Shown here: positions 47,362-55,589 of the stretch, one piece after another
Numbering within the stretch: the first letter of the stretch is position 1
Layout of the letters: every line of letters begins with the position of its first letter
Source of the DNA: an uncultured Desulfobacteraceae bacterium
GTDB taxonomy: Bacteria; Desulfobacterota; Desulfobacteria; Desulfobacterales; UBA11574
Direction: 5' to 3'
NCBI GenBank assembly: GCA_964410925.1
Contig: CAYPIW010000086.1
Location: forward strand, 17,605-81,604
Length of the DNA: 64,000 nt
Notes under the pieces: generated by a model
What the model saw: the letters and a program-made list of their open reading frames with translations, nothing else
What the model was told of the DNA's origin: nothing
Databases searched by the model: none
Translations under genes and position numbers: made by a program

Positions 47362-48711
47362 ATGAAGGATGGGTCTGTTTTAAGAAAACTCTGTCAAGAG
47401 TATGGCAATACTGTATCCTGGACGGTGCCGGCCGCTCTTTTCATCCTCATTTTCATGTCTCTAAATACACTTGCCGCTTCCGGCGAAATCACCGGATCGG
47501 ATCTTTTGAAAAAATACGCACCTGTTTTATACTTCCATCCCGAAGAAAAAGTGTATCCCTGGGGAATCAACAGCATGCTATATAATGCCGATTTGAAAAA
47601 GATGAGAAATAAACGGACAGTTCCTATGCCGGTTGGCTCTAAAGATCTATTATCCAATAACAGTGATAAGCTCTATCTGGATATGCGAAATATAGATCCC
47701 TATCATGACGCTGTAAATTCCTTAAAAAGTATAGATACCACCTTTAAAAGATTTCCCTTTAAAGTTTGCGGAAGACGGATAGATCCCCAGAAAAATTCTA
47801 CTCATATTGTACTCCAATACTGGCTGTTCTATCCCTTTAACGACTGGCATAATGATCACGAAGGGGACTGGGAACTCCTCCAAATCCGTTATGCCAAAAA
47901 TAGACACGGACCCGACCAGGTCACGACTTCGCACCATCACAGTGGATCTGTGACCGCATGGGATAACATCAGCAAGATAAACGGAACCCATCCTAAAGTT
48001 TTCGTTGCCAAAGGAAGTCATGGAAACTGGCCGGCCGGCGGCAATCACGCCGTTGGGAAAATATGGAGAAAAGTGGGCGTTTTCCGGGATAAAACTTCGG
48101 AAAATGGAATGGTTTTGTATCCTGAAGATATTATGGACACCGTTGGTGGAAAAAAACAAAAATACATACTTGAGGACATCAGTGATATGCCGGGATCAAG
48201 CTGGATATACTGGAACGGAAGATGGGGAGATGTCAAGGTTTTATTTTGGGGCTATAGAGGCCCGGCAAGCCCGGGAGTGCAGGATAAATGGAAGGACCCC
48301 ATAAAATGGGGAAACAGTCCGGCGAAATCGTCGTTTTGGGTATACTTCGGTAGTCCGGGTTACCTGCATATCTATGACCCTCACGGCAACCATGTTGGCG
48401 TAACTGAAGAAGGCCGGAAAGATACAATCGATGAAATAGAAGGAAATATACCCGGCACTTATTTTTACGTGCCTTCTTCTGATAAGGTCCCGGAAGCATG
48501 CGCATGGATTAATACTTCAGAAAACCTTCGATTTGAAATAAAGGCCACGCGTTCAGGTAACTTCAATCTTTGTTTCGACTCTGATCCCAGGACTGCAGGA
48601 CAAAATCAGGGGGAAATTGCCATTCATGTCACATATAAGGATGTTAAGATCACGAAAGGCGGTATCCGCCAAGGCGAATGTACCGTCGGAAAAATTAAGC
48701 GAACGGCTTAA
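47362..48711 (+). CDS. Vps62/DUF946-like secreted protein
   Basis: The start is set at MKDGSV, ahead of the signal peptide. YAPVLYFHPEEKVYPW and NDHEGDWELLQIRY resemble the Vps62 family. The C-terminal part looks like a beta-sandwich. Confidence 0.45.
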   Translation: MKDGSVLRKLCQEYGNTVSWTVPAALFILIFMSLNTLAASGEITGSDLLKKYAPVLYFHPEEKVYPWGINSMLYNADLKKMRNKRTVPMPVGSKDLLSNNSDKLYLDMRNIDPYHDAVNSLKSIDTTFKRFPFKVCGRRIDPQKNSTHIVLQYWLFYPFNDWHNDHEGDWELLQIRYAKNRHGPDQVTTSHHHSGSVTAWDNISKINGTHPKVFVAKGSHGNWPAGGNHAVGKIWRKVGVFRDKTSENGMVLYPEDIMDTVGGKKQKYILEDISDMPGSSWIYWNGRWGDVKVLFWGYRGPASPGVQDKWKDPIKWGNSPAKSSFWVYFGSPGYLHIYDPHGNHVGVTEEGRKDTIDEIEGNIPGTYFYVPSSDKVPEACAWINTSENLRFEIKATRSGNFNLCFDSDPRTAGQNQGEIAIHVTYKDVKITKGGIRQGECTVGKIKRTA

Positions 48712-48718
48712 AGCCATT

Positions 48719-49204
48719 ATGACGCAGGAGCCGGATAAGATAAAAGTCTTTGGAATAAATGATTCGGTTTCAAAAGAGTTTGAATCAACGGAGCTGGAAC
48801 TTGAGGACATGATAAAAAAAAGCAGAGCATATATCCAGCAGAGGTCAAAGAAAAAAGTGGCCGAGATAATGGAAAAAGAGCTGGCGGAGCTGGAAGCTTT
48901 GCTCAAAGCCGGCGCCATGGAAAAATCGGTAAATACAAAAGACGATGATGAAGCGGATATTAAGTTAGCGGAGCTGGAACTCGAAAACATGGCTGAGATA
49001 GCCGGGTTATCGAGAAAGTTGGTAAGAAAAAAAGGCTTGGATAGAGTGGATGAAGAATTAGCAGAAATAGAAGATACACTCAAGGGGGTTAATCTGCTGG
49101 AAAGGATGTTGAAACCCATTCTTATTATGAAAATAGATTTGGACGGAAACGGAACTGTAGACGAATTCAGACAGCCGGATAGGATCTTTTGGGTTGAGGA
49201 ATAA
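48719..49204 (+). CDS. acidic coiled-coil protein with C-terminal EF-hand-like loop
   Basis: The start is placed at MTQEPDK, 8 nt after the upstream stop. Repeated ELAELE/ELAEIE heptads are followed by DLDGNGTVDEF. The track ORF start at 48617 would overlap the upstream gene. Confidence 0.4.
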   Translation: MTQEPDKIKVFGINDSVSKEFESTELELEDMIKKSRAYIQQRSKKKVAEIMEKELAELEALLKAGAMEKSVNTKDDDEADIKLAELELENMAEIAGLSRKLVRKKGLDRVDEELAEIEDTLKGVNLLERMLKPILIMKIDLDGNGTVDEFRQPDRIFWVEE

Positions 49205-49262
49205 AAAAAGCAATCTTTAACAGCGAATTTTGAAAATATGATCTGTTTGAAAGGGGCATATT

Positions 49263-50744
49263 TTGTTTGATACTGTTTTTTGGCAAATCCTCATTGCTGT
49301 GGTTTTACTCAGCGGATACGTTATTATATCCAAACGGTTCCGGGAAATACCCGACATTCCCATCGGGCTTATCATCCTTTATCTGATTACACGTATCATC
49401 CTATCGATTACCCGCAATCTGAGATGGACGGCGCATTGGGCACCATGGATTCACCTTGCGTCCTTTGTTATTCTATCCTGGGCAGTCGCCCGGTTAACTT
49501 TTTTTCTTTTTGTCGAGTTGCCTCTCCGCCTGAGAAAAAAAAAAGAGCTTCCCATTATTACCCGTGACCTTATACTCATTACCTGTTATGCAATCCTTTT
49601 TTTTATTGTGCTTCGCTTTAAAAGTAATATTAATCTTACCGGCATACTCACAACCTCAGCGGTTTTGACCGTTGTCGTGGGTTTTGCTGCCCAGACAACA
49701 TTGAGCAGCCTTATTTCCGGTCTTTTGCTGCAAATCGAACGTCCTTTTGCATTGGGAGATTGGATTAAACTTGGGGAAAATTGCGGCCAGGTGATCGGTA
49801 TTACCTGGAAATCCACGCGACTGCTTACCCGTCAAGATGTTTTGGTTTATATCCCCAACGCAGAAATAACCAATAAAAGCTTTTTGAATTATTCGAAACC
49901 CACTCGAAGGATTGTCTCTCGAATGAACATCGGGTTAGAATACGGAGCACCCCCCAACACGGTTCGGAAAGTTGTTTTAGAAATCATAAACCAGCATCCC
50001 CAGGTTTTGGAAATACCTTCGCCGGAAATTTATCTTGTCAGTTTCGATGATTTTGCCATTACCTATGAAATTCGATTTTACCATAATAATTTTGCCGATG
50101 AACGTAGAATCAAGTCCGACATAAATACGAAACTCTGGTATGCGCTTCGTCGCAACAACATCAAAATTCCCTTTCCAATCCGCGATGTTCATCACAGCCA
50201 CATAGAAAGGCGCTTTCATGCCAAAAAATTGGCTGCACAAAGAAGTTCTTTTGATATTGAAGGATTGCTTAAGCGCGTCTCGATTTTTTCATCCCTGTCC
50301 GAAGAACTCCTGACCCGGATCGCAGAACGTTCGGAAATTATCGATTATGGTTCCGGAGAATTCATTGTTCGTCAGGATGATCAAGGAGATTCCCTTTATA
50401 TCATTCGCTCGGGGTTATGCGGGGTTTACATCAGAAAACATGGAAAGCAGGAGAAAAGAATTGCAACCATTGACACCGGCGGATTTTTTGGCGAGATGAG
50501 CCTTTTGACCGGCGAACCGCATACTGCCACGGTACAGGCCGTGGAAGATACCTCGGTTATCATAATTGACAAGGAAAATTTCTCTAATATTTTAACCGAA
50601 AATCCTTCTATTTCTGTCCAGCTGGGTGAGATCCTGGCCGAACGACAGAATGAGCTGGCCGAGGAAGCCGGCCGGATCGTCGCAGCCTCTGCTTCCTCCA
50701 CCAGCATGATTGCCAAAATCAAGTCGTTTTTTCGAATCGACTGA
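49263..50744 (+). CDS. MscS-family mechanosensitive channel with C-terminal cNMP-binding domain
   Basis: TTG start. The MscS core is LSSLISGLLLQIERPFALGDWIKL...VIGITWKSTRL. The cNMP domain is FIVRQDDQGDSLYIIRSG...FFGEMSLLTGEPHTATVQA. Confidence 0.8.
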   Translation: MFDTVFWQILIAVVLLSGYVIISKRFREIPDIPIGLIILYLITRIILSITRNLRWTAHWAPWIHLASFVILSWAVARLTFFLFVELPLRLRKKKELPIITRDLILITCYAILFFIVLRFKSNINLTGILTTSAVLTVVVGFAAQTTLSSLISGLLLQIERPFALGDWIKLGENCGQVIGITWKSTRLLTRQDVLVYIPNAEITNKSFLNYSKPTRRIVSRMNIGLEYGAPPNTVRKVVLEIINQHPQVLEIPSPEIYLVSFDDFAITYEIRFYHNNFADERRIKSDINTKLWYALRRNNIKIPFPIRDVHHSHIERRFHAKKLAAQRSSFDIEGLLKRVSIFSSLSEELLTRIAERSEIIDYGSGEFIVRQDDQGDSLYIIRSGLCGVYIRKHGKQEKRIATIDTGGFFGEMSLLTGEPHTATVQAVEDTSVIIIDKENFSNILTENPSISVQLGEILAERQNELAEEAGRIVAASASSTSMIAKIKSFFRID

Positions 50745-50823
50745 GCAGTCGATGTTACGTTCTGATTGAAGAACCATTAACACTTTTATATTATTTTTTT
50801 AGCGAAAAACACAGGAACGACTC

Positions 50824-51867
50824 ATGACGGATCATCATAACCCCGCATCAAATGTATCTGCGAACCCCACCGACACGCTAAAGACATGTCTTGAAGTTGG
50901 CAAATTATTAACTTCGACGTTGAATCTGCAGGAAATTCTGGAACTGATTATGCTTAAGGTCAGTCAACTCATCAGAGCACAGAACTGGTCGTTACTTTTA
51001 AAAAATGAAGAATCCGGCGAACTGACCTTTGAAATTGTAGTGGGTCTTAAGCAGGAGTTATTTAATGGATTATATCTGTCGCCAGGCGAAGGGATAGCCC
51101 CCCATGTCGCAGAAACCGGCAAAGCAGTATTCATACCGGATGTTAATGATTCCCCCCTGTTCAACAGAAAGGTTGATCTTCATACCGGCTTTATCACCCG
51201 GTCGGTAATTTGTCTGCCACTTATTTTCCGTGGAAAGAGTCTGGGAGTTATTGAAATCGTCAATGTCAGGGACATGAAGATTTTTGAATTAGAGGATTTC
51301 CCCATTTTAACCATCCTCACGGATTATGCGGCAATCGCAATCGAAAATTCCCGGTATGTCGATAAAATCAGGAAAATGAGTATAATGGATGAGTATACAG
51401 GCCTGTATAACTCCCGTTTTCTCCACCAGATATTAGATGAATTTTTCAGTAAAACAGATCAAAAAACACAACTTTCCGTCGTTTTTATGGACATTGATAA
51501 TTTTAAATCCATTGTGGACAAATACGGCCATCTCCTTGGAACCAAATTATTAAAAGAAATCGGTATAACCATCACAAGCAATCTTTGGAAAGAGGATATT
51601 CTGATAAAATACGGCGGGGATGAATATATAATCATCCTTCCCGGCAGAAGTAAACCCGAGGCGGTAAAACACTGTGAAAACATCCTCTTTGCGATCAACG
51701 AGTCAACCTATCTGAAATCAGAAGCAGAGCCCGCCAGAATTACGGCAAGTTTTGGAATTGCAACTTATCCCGAGGATGCAGAGACCAAAAAGGAGGTATT
51801 GATTTTAGCCGATAATGCTTTATTTAAAATTAAAAACTCAACAAAAAACAGTGTGGGTACGGCCTAA
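50824..51867 (+). CDS. GAF-GGDEF diguanylate cyclase-like protein
   Basis: GAF domain followed by a GGDEF domain (DEYTGLYNSRF, FMDIDNFKSIVDKYGH). The active-site motif reads GGDEY rather than GGDEF. Confidence 0.8.
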   Translation: MTDHHNPASNVSANPTDTLKTCLEVGKLLTSTLNLQEILELIMLKVSQLIRAQNWSLLLKNEESGELTFEIVVGLKQELFNGLYLSPGEGIAPHVAETGKAVFIPDVNDSPLFNRKVDLHTGFITRSVICLPLIFRGKSLGVIEIVNVRDMKIFELEDFPILTILTDYAAIAIENSRYVDKIRKMSIMDEYTGLYNSRFLHQILDEFFSKTDQKTQLSVVFMDIDNFKSIVDKYGHLLGTKLLKEIGITITSNLWKEDILIKYGGDEYIIILPGRSKPEAVKHCENILFAINESTYLKSEAEPARITASFGIATYPEDAETKKEVLILADNALFKIKNSTKNSVGTA

Positions 51868-51915
51868 ATCTGGGAGGAATGATCGATTTGACACAATACA
51901 ATAGAAGGAAAACCC

Positions 51916-52251
51916 ATGTTTAAGTTTTATTCCAAATTGTGGCGCGGTGAACTGAAACTGGCGCATACGTTCTGGATAGCGAATGTTGCGGTATGGCTCG
52001 CATGCATGTTTTTCTTTCATCTATGATCCAAGGTTCTCAGTATGAGCTCAGGCCCTGTGGTGGGCATGCCTCTCGGCCTGATATTTGTCATCTATAATGC
52101 GGTGGCCCTGTCCGGAGTGATCCGCAGTTCCTGCAAAGGCGGCACAAAAAAAATCTATGGGTTCTTTACAATTCTTATTTCATTTTTGCTCTTAATACTC
52201 TCATTGTGGGTCCCGATTTATTTTTACGGAAAACCGCTGATCCGTCTTTAG
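51916..52251 (+). CDS. small membrane protein interrupted by an in-frame TGA (36 aa + 69 aa)
   Basis: The ATG at 51916 has an AAGGA ribosome-binding site. A TGA lies at 52024-52026. ORF 52042..52251 is in the same frame, and both halves are hydrophobic. Confidence 0.35.
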
Positions 52252-52752
52252 GGAACTGGAAATGCCGTGACTCATTGGATTCACTATAAACCTGATCATC
52301 TGAATTTTCCACGAGGCCCTAACCCCCGGCTCGTCCGTTTTTACTTACTTTGCTCCAGATGACAACTGAAACAGGGATAAGTAGAATTAACATGAGTATC
52401 CAGAAACAGGCCATGATTTCCTGTGGAAGAAATCTGTGGCCCGCCATGGACTCATAGACCCACTGCGAGATGGCAGGCAGGGCTGCTTTTCCATTCCTGA
52501 CGTGGGCATAGAAATGAGTGAGAAGGATATCCAGGAGTGACCTCATGAAAAAAAGAGGGATGAAAGAAATCAGAATGCAATAGAGATTATTTTATTGGAC
52601 AAGCTTGTAACCGCCTGTTATGAATAATATAAGGTGGAAAATAAATCCTTATATATACTTTCTCGGCAAAAACTCAAACAGGCGAGAAGTTGCCACCTGC
52701 AAGCTTTTTTACAACTCATTTACAATGATGCAACAGGCGGGTTTTATTACAG

Positions 52753-53958
52753 ATGAAATATTTCATTCTAATCGTTTTGTGTTTGGTGCCTTTTGGCTGT
52801 GGCCCTACATACAGACAAATTACATCCGACCCACCCGGTGCAAGCATTTATTTTGGCCGGTCAGAGGATAAATTGAAAAGAACTGCTTATGGACTGACTC
52901 CTTATAGTCATAGCGATTTCGGGTTCTTAGCCGAAGGATACTTTCAGGTGCGAAAAGACGGCTATCATGATTCAGAGCTACAATACTGTCCAGGAGGTCC
53001 AGGGAACTTCCGGTATCATTTCACGCTAGAGCCAGAGAATGCAAGTCAAACAGAAGTGGTTTCTTCCAGCAACGGTGCGGTTTTGATTGAGCCTTCTCCT
53101 CAAACACAATCCACAGACAATTTAAGGATTTCTAAAATAGAAAAAGAGTTACAGCCCATGTATTTACAGTCTCAGAAGTGGGCGGTTATCATCGGAATTT
53201 CGGAGTACAAGTATGCAGGCCGGAATGATTTGACCCATCTGATCTTTGCAGATGATGATGCGAAGGCGTTTGCGCGCCTGCTCAGAAATCTGGGATGGAA
53301 CCAAGGTCATATGAGACTGCTGGTCAATGAGGAGGCGACCCAGAGAAACATAATTATAGCTCTGGAATCATGGCTCACGAAGGCTGGCTCTGATGACCAG
53401 GTGGTGCTGTTTTGGTCCGGACATGGTTTTCCTGACCCGGAGGATCCGGAAAAAGTCTATTTTGTATGTTATGATACTGACATCTCAATTCCTGCTACCG
53501 GTTATAGAATGGACAGAGTCAGGGATGCTCTGGAAGAGAGAAGGACTCGAAACGTGGTTGTTTTTGCCGATACCTGTCATGCGGGTAAACTCATCACCCG
53601 TGGGGAAAAGGGTATATCAATTATGCCAAAGATAGATCAAATGAGTCGGGAGAACAGAATTCCGAAGGGTTGGATTTTTATGGCAGGAGCTGATACTGAC
53701 CGAAAAGCGTTTGAGCATACTTCCTGGAGAAATGGAGCCTTCACGCATTGTTTGTTGAACGCCCTCTCCGGAAAAGCTGACGGCTATATGAGTTCAGGAG
53801 CAAAAGATGGAATTGTCACAATGGGAGAGCTGCGCGCGTATATGAACAGTGTAATGCCCGATGAGACTCAGAAAGTCATCGGAGTGGCCAAAAGGCCGGT
53901 CATCAGCACAAGCACGGGGGATCCTGAAATCTGGAAGCTGTCGTTGCAAGACAAATAG
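52753..53958 (+). CDS. lipoprotein with PEGA-like domain and caspase-fold (C14) domain
   Basis: Lipobox LVPFGC and a PEGA-like ITSDPPGASIYFG...GLTPY. The caspase contexts are WAVIIGISEY, LFWSGHGFP and FADTCHAGK. Confidence 0.75.
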   Translation: MKYFILIVLCLVPFGCGPTYRQITSDPPGASIYFGRSEDKLKRTAYGLTPYSHSDFGFLAEGYFQVRKDGYHDSELQYCPGGPGNFRYHFTLEPENASQTEVVSSSNGAVLIEPSPQTQSTDNLRISKIEKELQPMYLQSQKWAVIIGISEYKYAGRNDLTHLIFADDDAKAFARLLRNLGWNQGHMRLLVNEEATQRNIIIALESWLTKAGSDDQVVLFWSGHGFPDPEDPEKVYFVCYDTDISIPATGYRMDRVRDALEERRTRNVVVFADTCHAGKLITRGEKGISIMPKIDQMSRENRIPKGWIFMAGADTDRKAFEHTSWRNGAFTHCLLNALSGKADGYMSSGAKDGIVTMGELRAYMNSVMPDETQKVIGVAKRPVISTSTGDPEIWKLSLQDK

Positions 53959-54153
53959 GGCCCCGTCGCCATTGAAAAAATGATATCCCCGTAATTTTTA
54001 AGATCTGTCTGGTGGATTCCGACGAAAAATTCATAACCGATAATGATAATGTATATTTTACCGCATATATGTGAGCTATACGATTCATATATGGGATCAA
54101 AGCTGTACCAGCATGACCAAAATTGAAGATTTCTAAAAAGAATGCCTCAATAC

Positions 54154-55572
54154 TTAGGGGCTTCTTCGGGTGATGATAAAACAGGTGTCAGAAACATGAG
54201 ATCCCGTGTCATCCGTAGAAGTATCTCCGGTAAACTTTGCCACTCCAATTCCTCTACTTTGGATCGCTTCACGGACACTTCTGGTAACTTTTTGATAGTA
54301 CTGGCCACTGGCGGCAGCCTCACGTAGACTTTCCTCGATGTCGGCAAACTGGCTTGTCGAGGCAACCACCGTGACAATATCTTTGCCATAGGGTGTTTGT
54401 GCCACAAGCTCCCCCATTTTGCCGATAATCGACGGTTTCCCGGCTTTAATAAAATTGTTTCGATCATGAAGATTGGGAAACAGCAGGGTATTCATCCGGG
54501 TCTCACCGGCGCCCTCATCACTGATGGAAGAAAGATAGATAACTTTAACGTAGCAATCTCTTGATCCATGGACACGGAACCGGATGCATTCCCCATCATA
54601 ATAAACTGCACCCTGGCCCTTGAGGGGAGTAATTCCAACAGTAAATTCCGGATTCATGCTTTGGTTCCTCACATCATCCTGGGTCAGGGCCAGAAAATGA
54701 TCTCCCTGTATATTGTTGGAAATTTTAGCGAATAATTCCTGAAGAGCTTTACTTTGAGACATTAGAGCTTCCATCTGGGAACTGCCGGCGGATTCTTTGA
54801 AAAGATCTTGCAGCGCTTCATTTTTACGCATCAGTGCTTCCATCTTTTCATTCTGATCGCGAAGCATCTGTTCCTGTTTATTCCACTGATTCCCGAGTTT
54901 TGTAATTTCACTTTTTATGCCGGCATACTCCACTTGGGTCTGATCACCCGCTGAACCCACCTTCTGGCTAATGGTTTTCAACAGTTTTTCAAAATTATTC
55001 ATCCTTTTTTGATAGAACTGCATCTGCTGATTGAGGACGGCGGTCATTTTCTTTATTCCGGCAACGATTTCCCGTTGATTATTTTCCAGTCGATTGACCA
55101 CCTCATTAACAAAATTCTGCTGTTTGGCCTGCCTGTCCGCTTTTGCCTTGTCAATCACCACCATTACCCAGTAAACGCTGTTTTGGGGATCAGCCCAATT
55201 TTGCTTTTCCCGGATACCGGAAAACACTTTGCGCGATTCGACAAAAAGGGACGACGCCACTTCCTGTTCCGAATATTGCCCTTTCTGGGATAGATTTTCC
55301 TTTAATTCGGATTTAACGGACACCGAGAGCTGATAACAGAGTTCATCCAAGGCGCGGTCTTTGGATAGTTTTCTACTATCATAATTCGGTTGATCACCTA
55401 TAAAATCTGCTGACCCCACGCCGTAATAAACTCCCGTCAAATGAAGGGTTCCATCATGATACGCCTGCAGCCATTGAGGATAATTTGAGGAATACCCCAT
55501 ACCCGGAATGACCAGCAAAAGCCATAGGGCCGCTGCCATCCGGAAAATCCGGGAAGTATCTTTTTTTATCAT
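54154..55572 (-). CDS. exported LPP20-like / coiled-coil / DUF4384-like protein
   Basis: Signal peptide and an N-terminal LPP20-like region (YYGVGSADF...DRALDELCYQLSVSV). A Q/N/K-rich coiled coil follows. The C-terminal block IRFRVHGSRDCYVKVIYLS...LLFPN...GKDIVTVVAS is DUF4384-like. Confidence 0.55.
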   Translation of the reverse strand: MIKKDTSRIFRMAAALWLLLVIPGMGYSSNYPQWLQAYHDGTLHLTGVYYGVGSADFIGDQPNYDSRKLSKDRALDELCYQLSVSVKSELKENLSQKGQYSEQEVASSLFVESRKVFSGIREKQNWADPQNSVYWVMVVIDKAKADRQAKQQNFVNEVVNRLENNQREIVAGIKKMTAVLNQQMQFYQKRMNNFEKLLKTISQKVGSAGDQTQVEYAGIKSEITKLGNQWNKQEQMLRDQNEKMEALMRKNEALQDLFKESAGSSQMEALMSQSKALQELFAKISNNIQGDHFLALTQDDVRNQSMNPEFTVGITPLKGQGAVYYDGECIRFRVHGSRDCYVKVIYLSSISDEGAGETRMNTLLFPNLHDRNNFIKAGKPSIIGKMGELVAQTPYGKDIVTVVASTSQFADIEESLREAAASGQYYQKVTRSVREAIQSRGIGVAKFTGDTSTDDTGSHVSDTCFIITRRSP

Positions 55573-55589
55573 GCAGCCTCCTCATCTTT

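Noticed and set aside
48553-49119. 188-aa Ser-rich minus-strand ORF.
   Set aside because: It is the antisense shadow of the acidic coiled-coil gene (GAA/GAG-rich sense strand) and is extremely low in complexity.
52024-52026. Selenocysteine recoding of the in-frame TGA.
   Set aside because: I saw no convincing SECIS-type hairpin in the 40 nt downstream. The codon is not in a redox (CxxU-like) context, and the protein is a small hydrophobic membrane protein.
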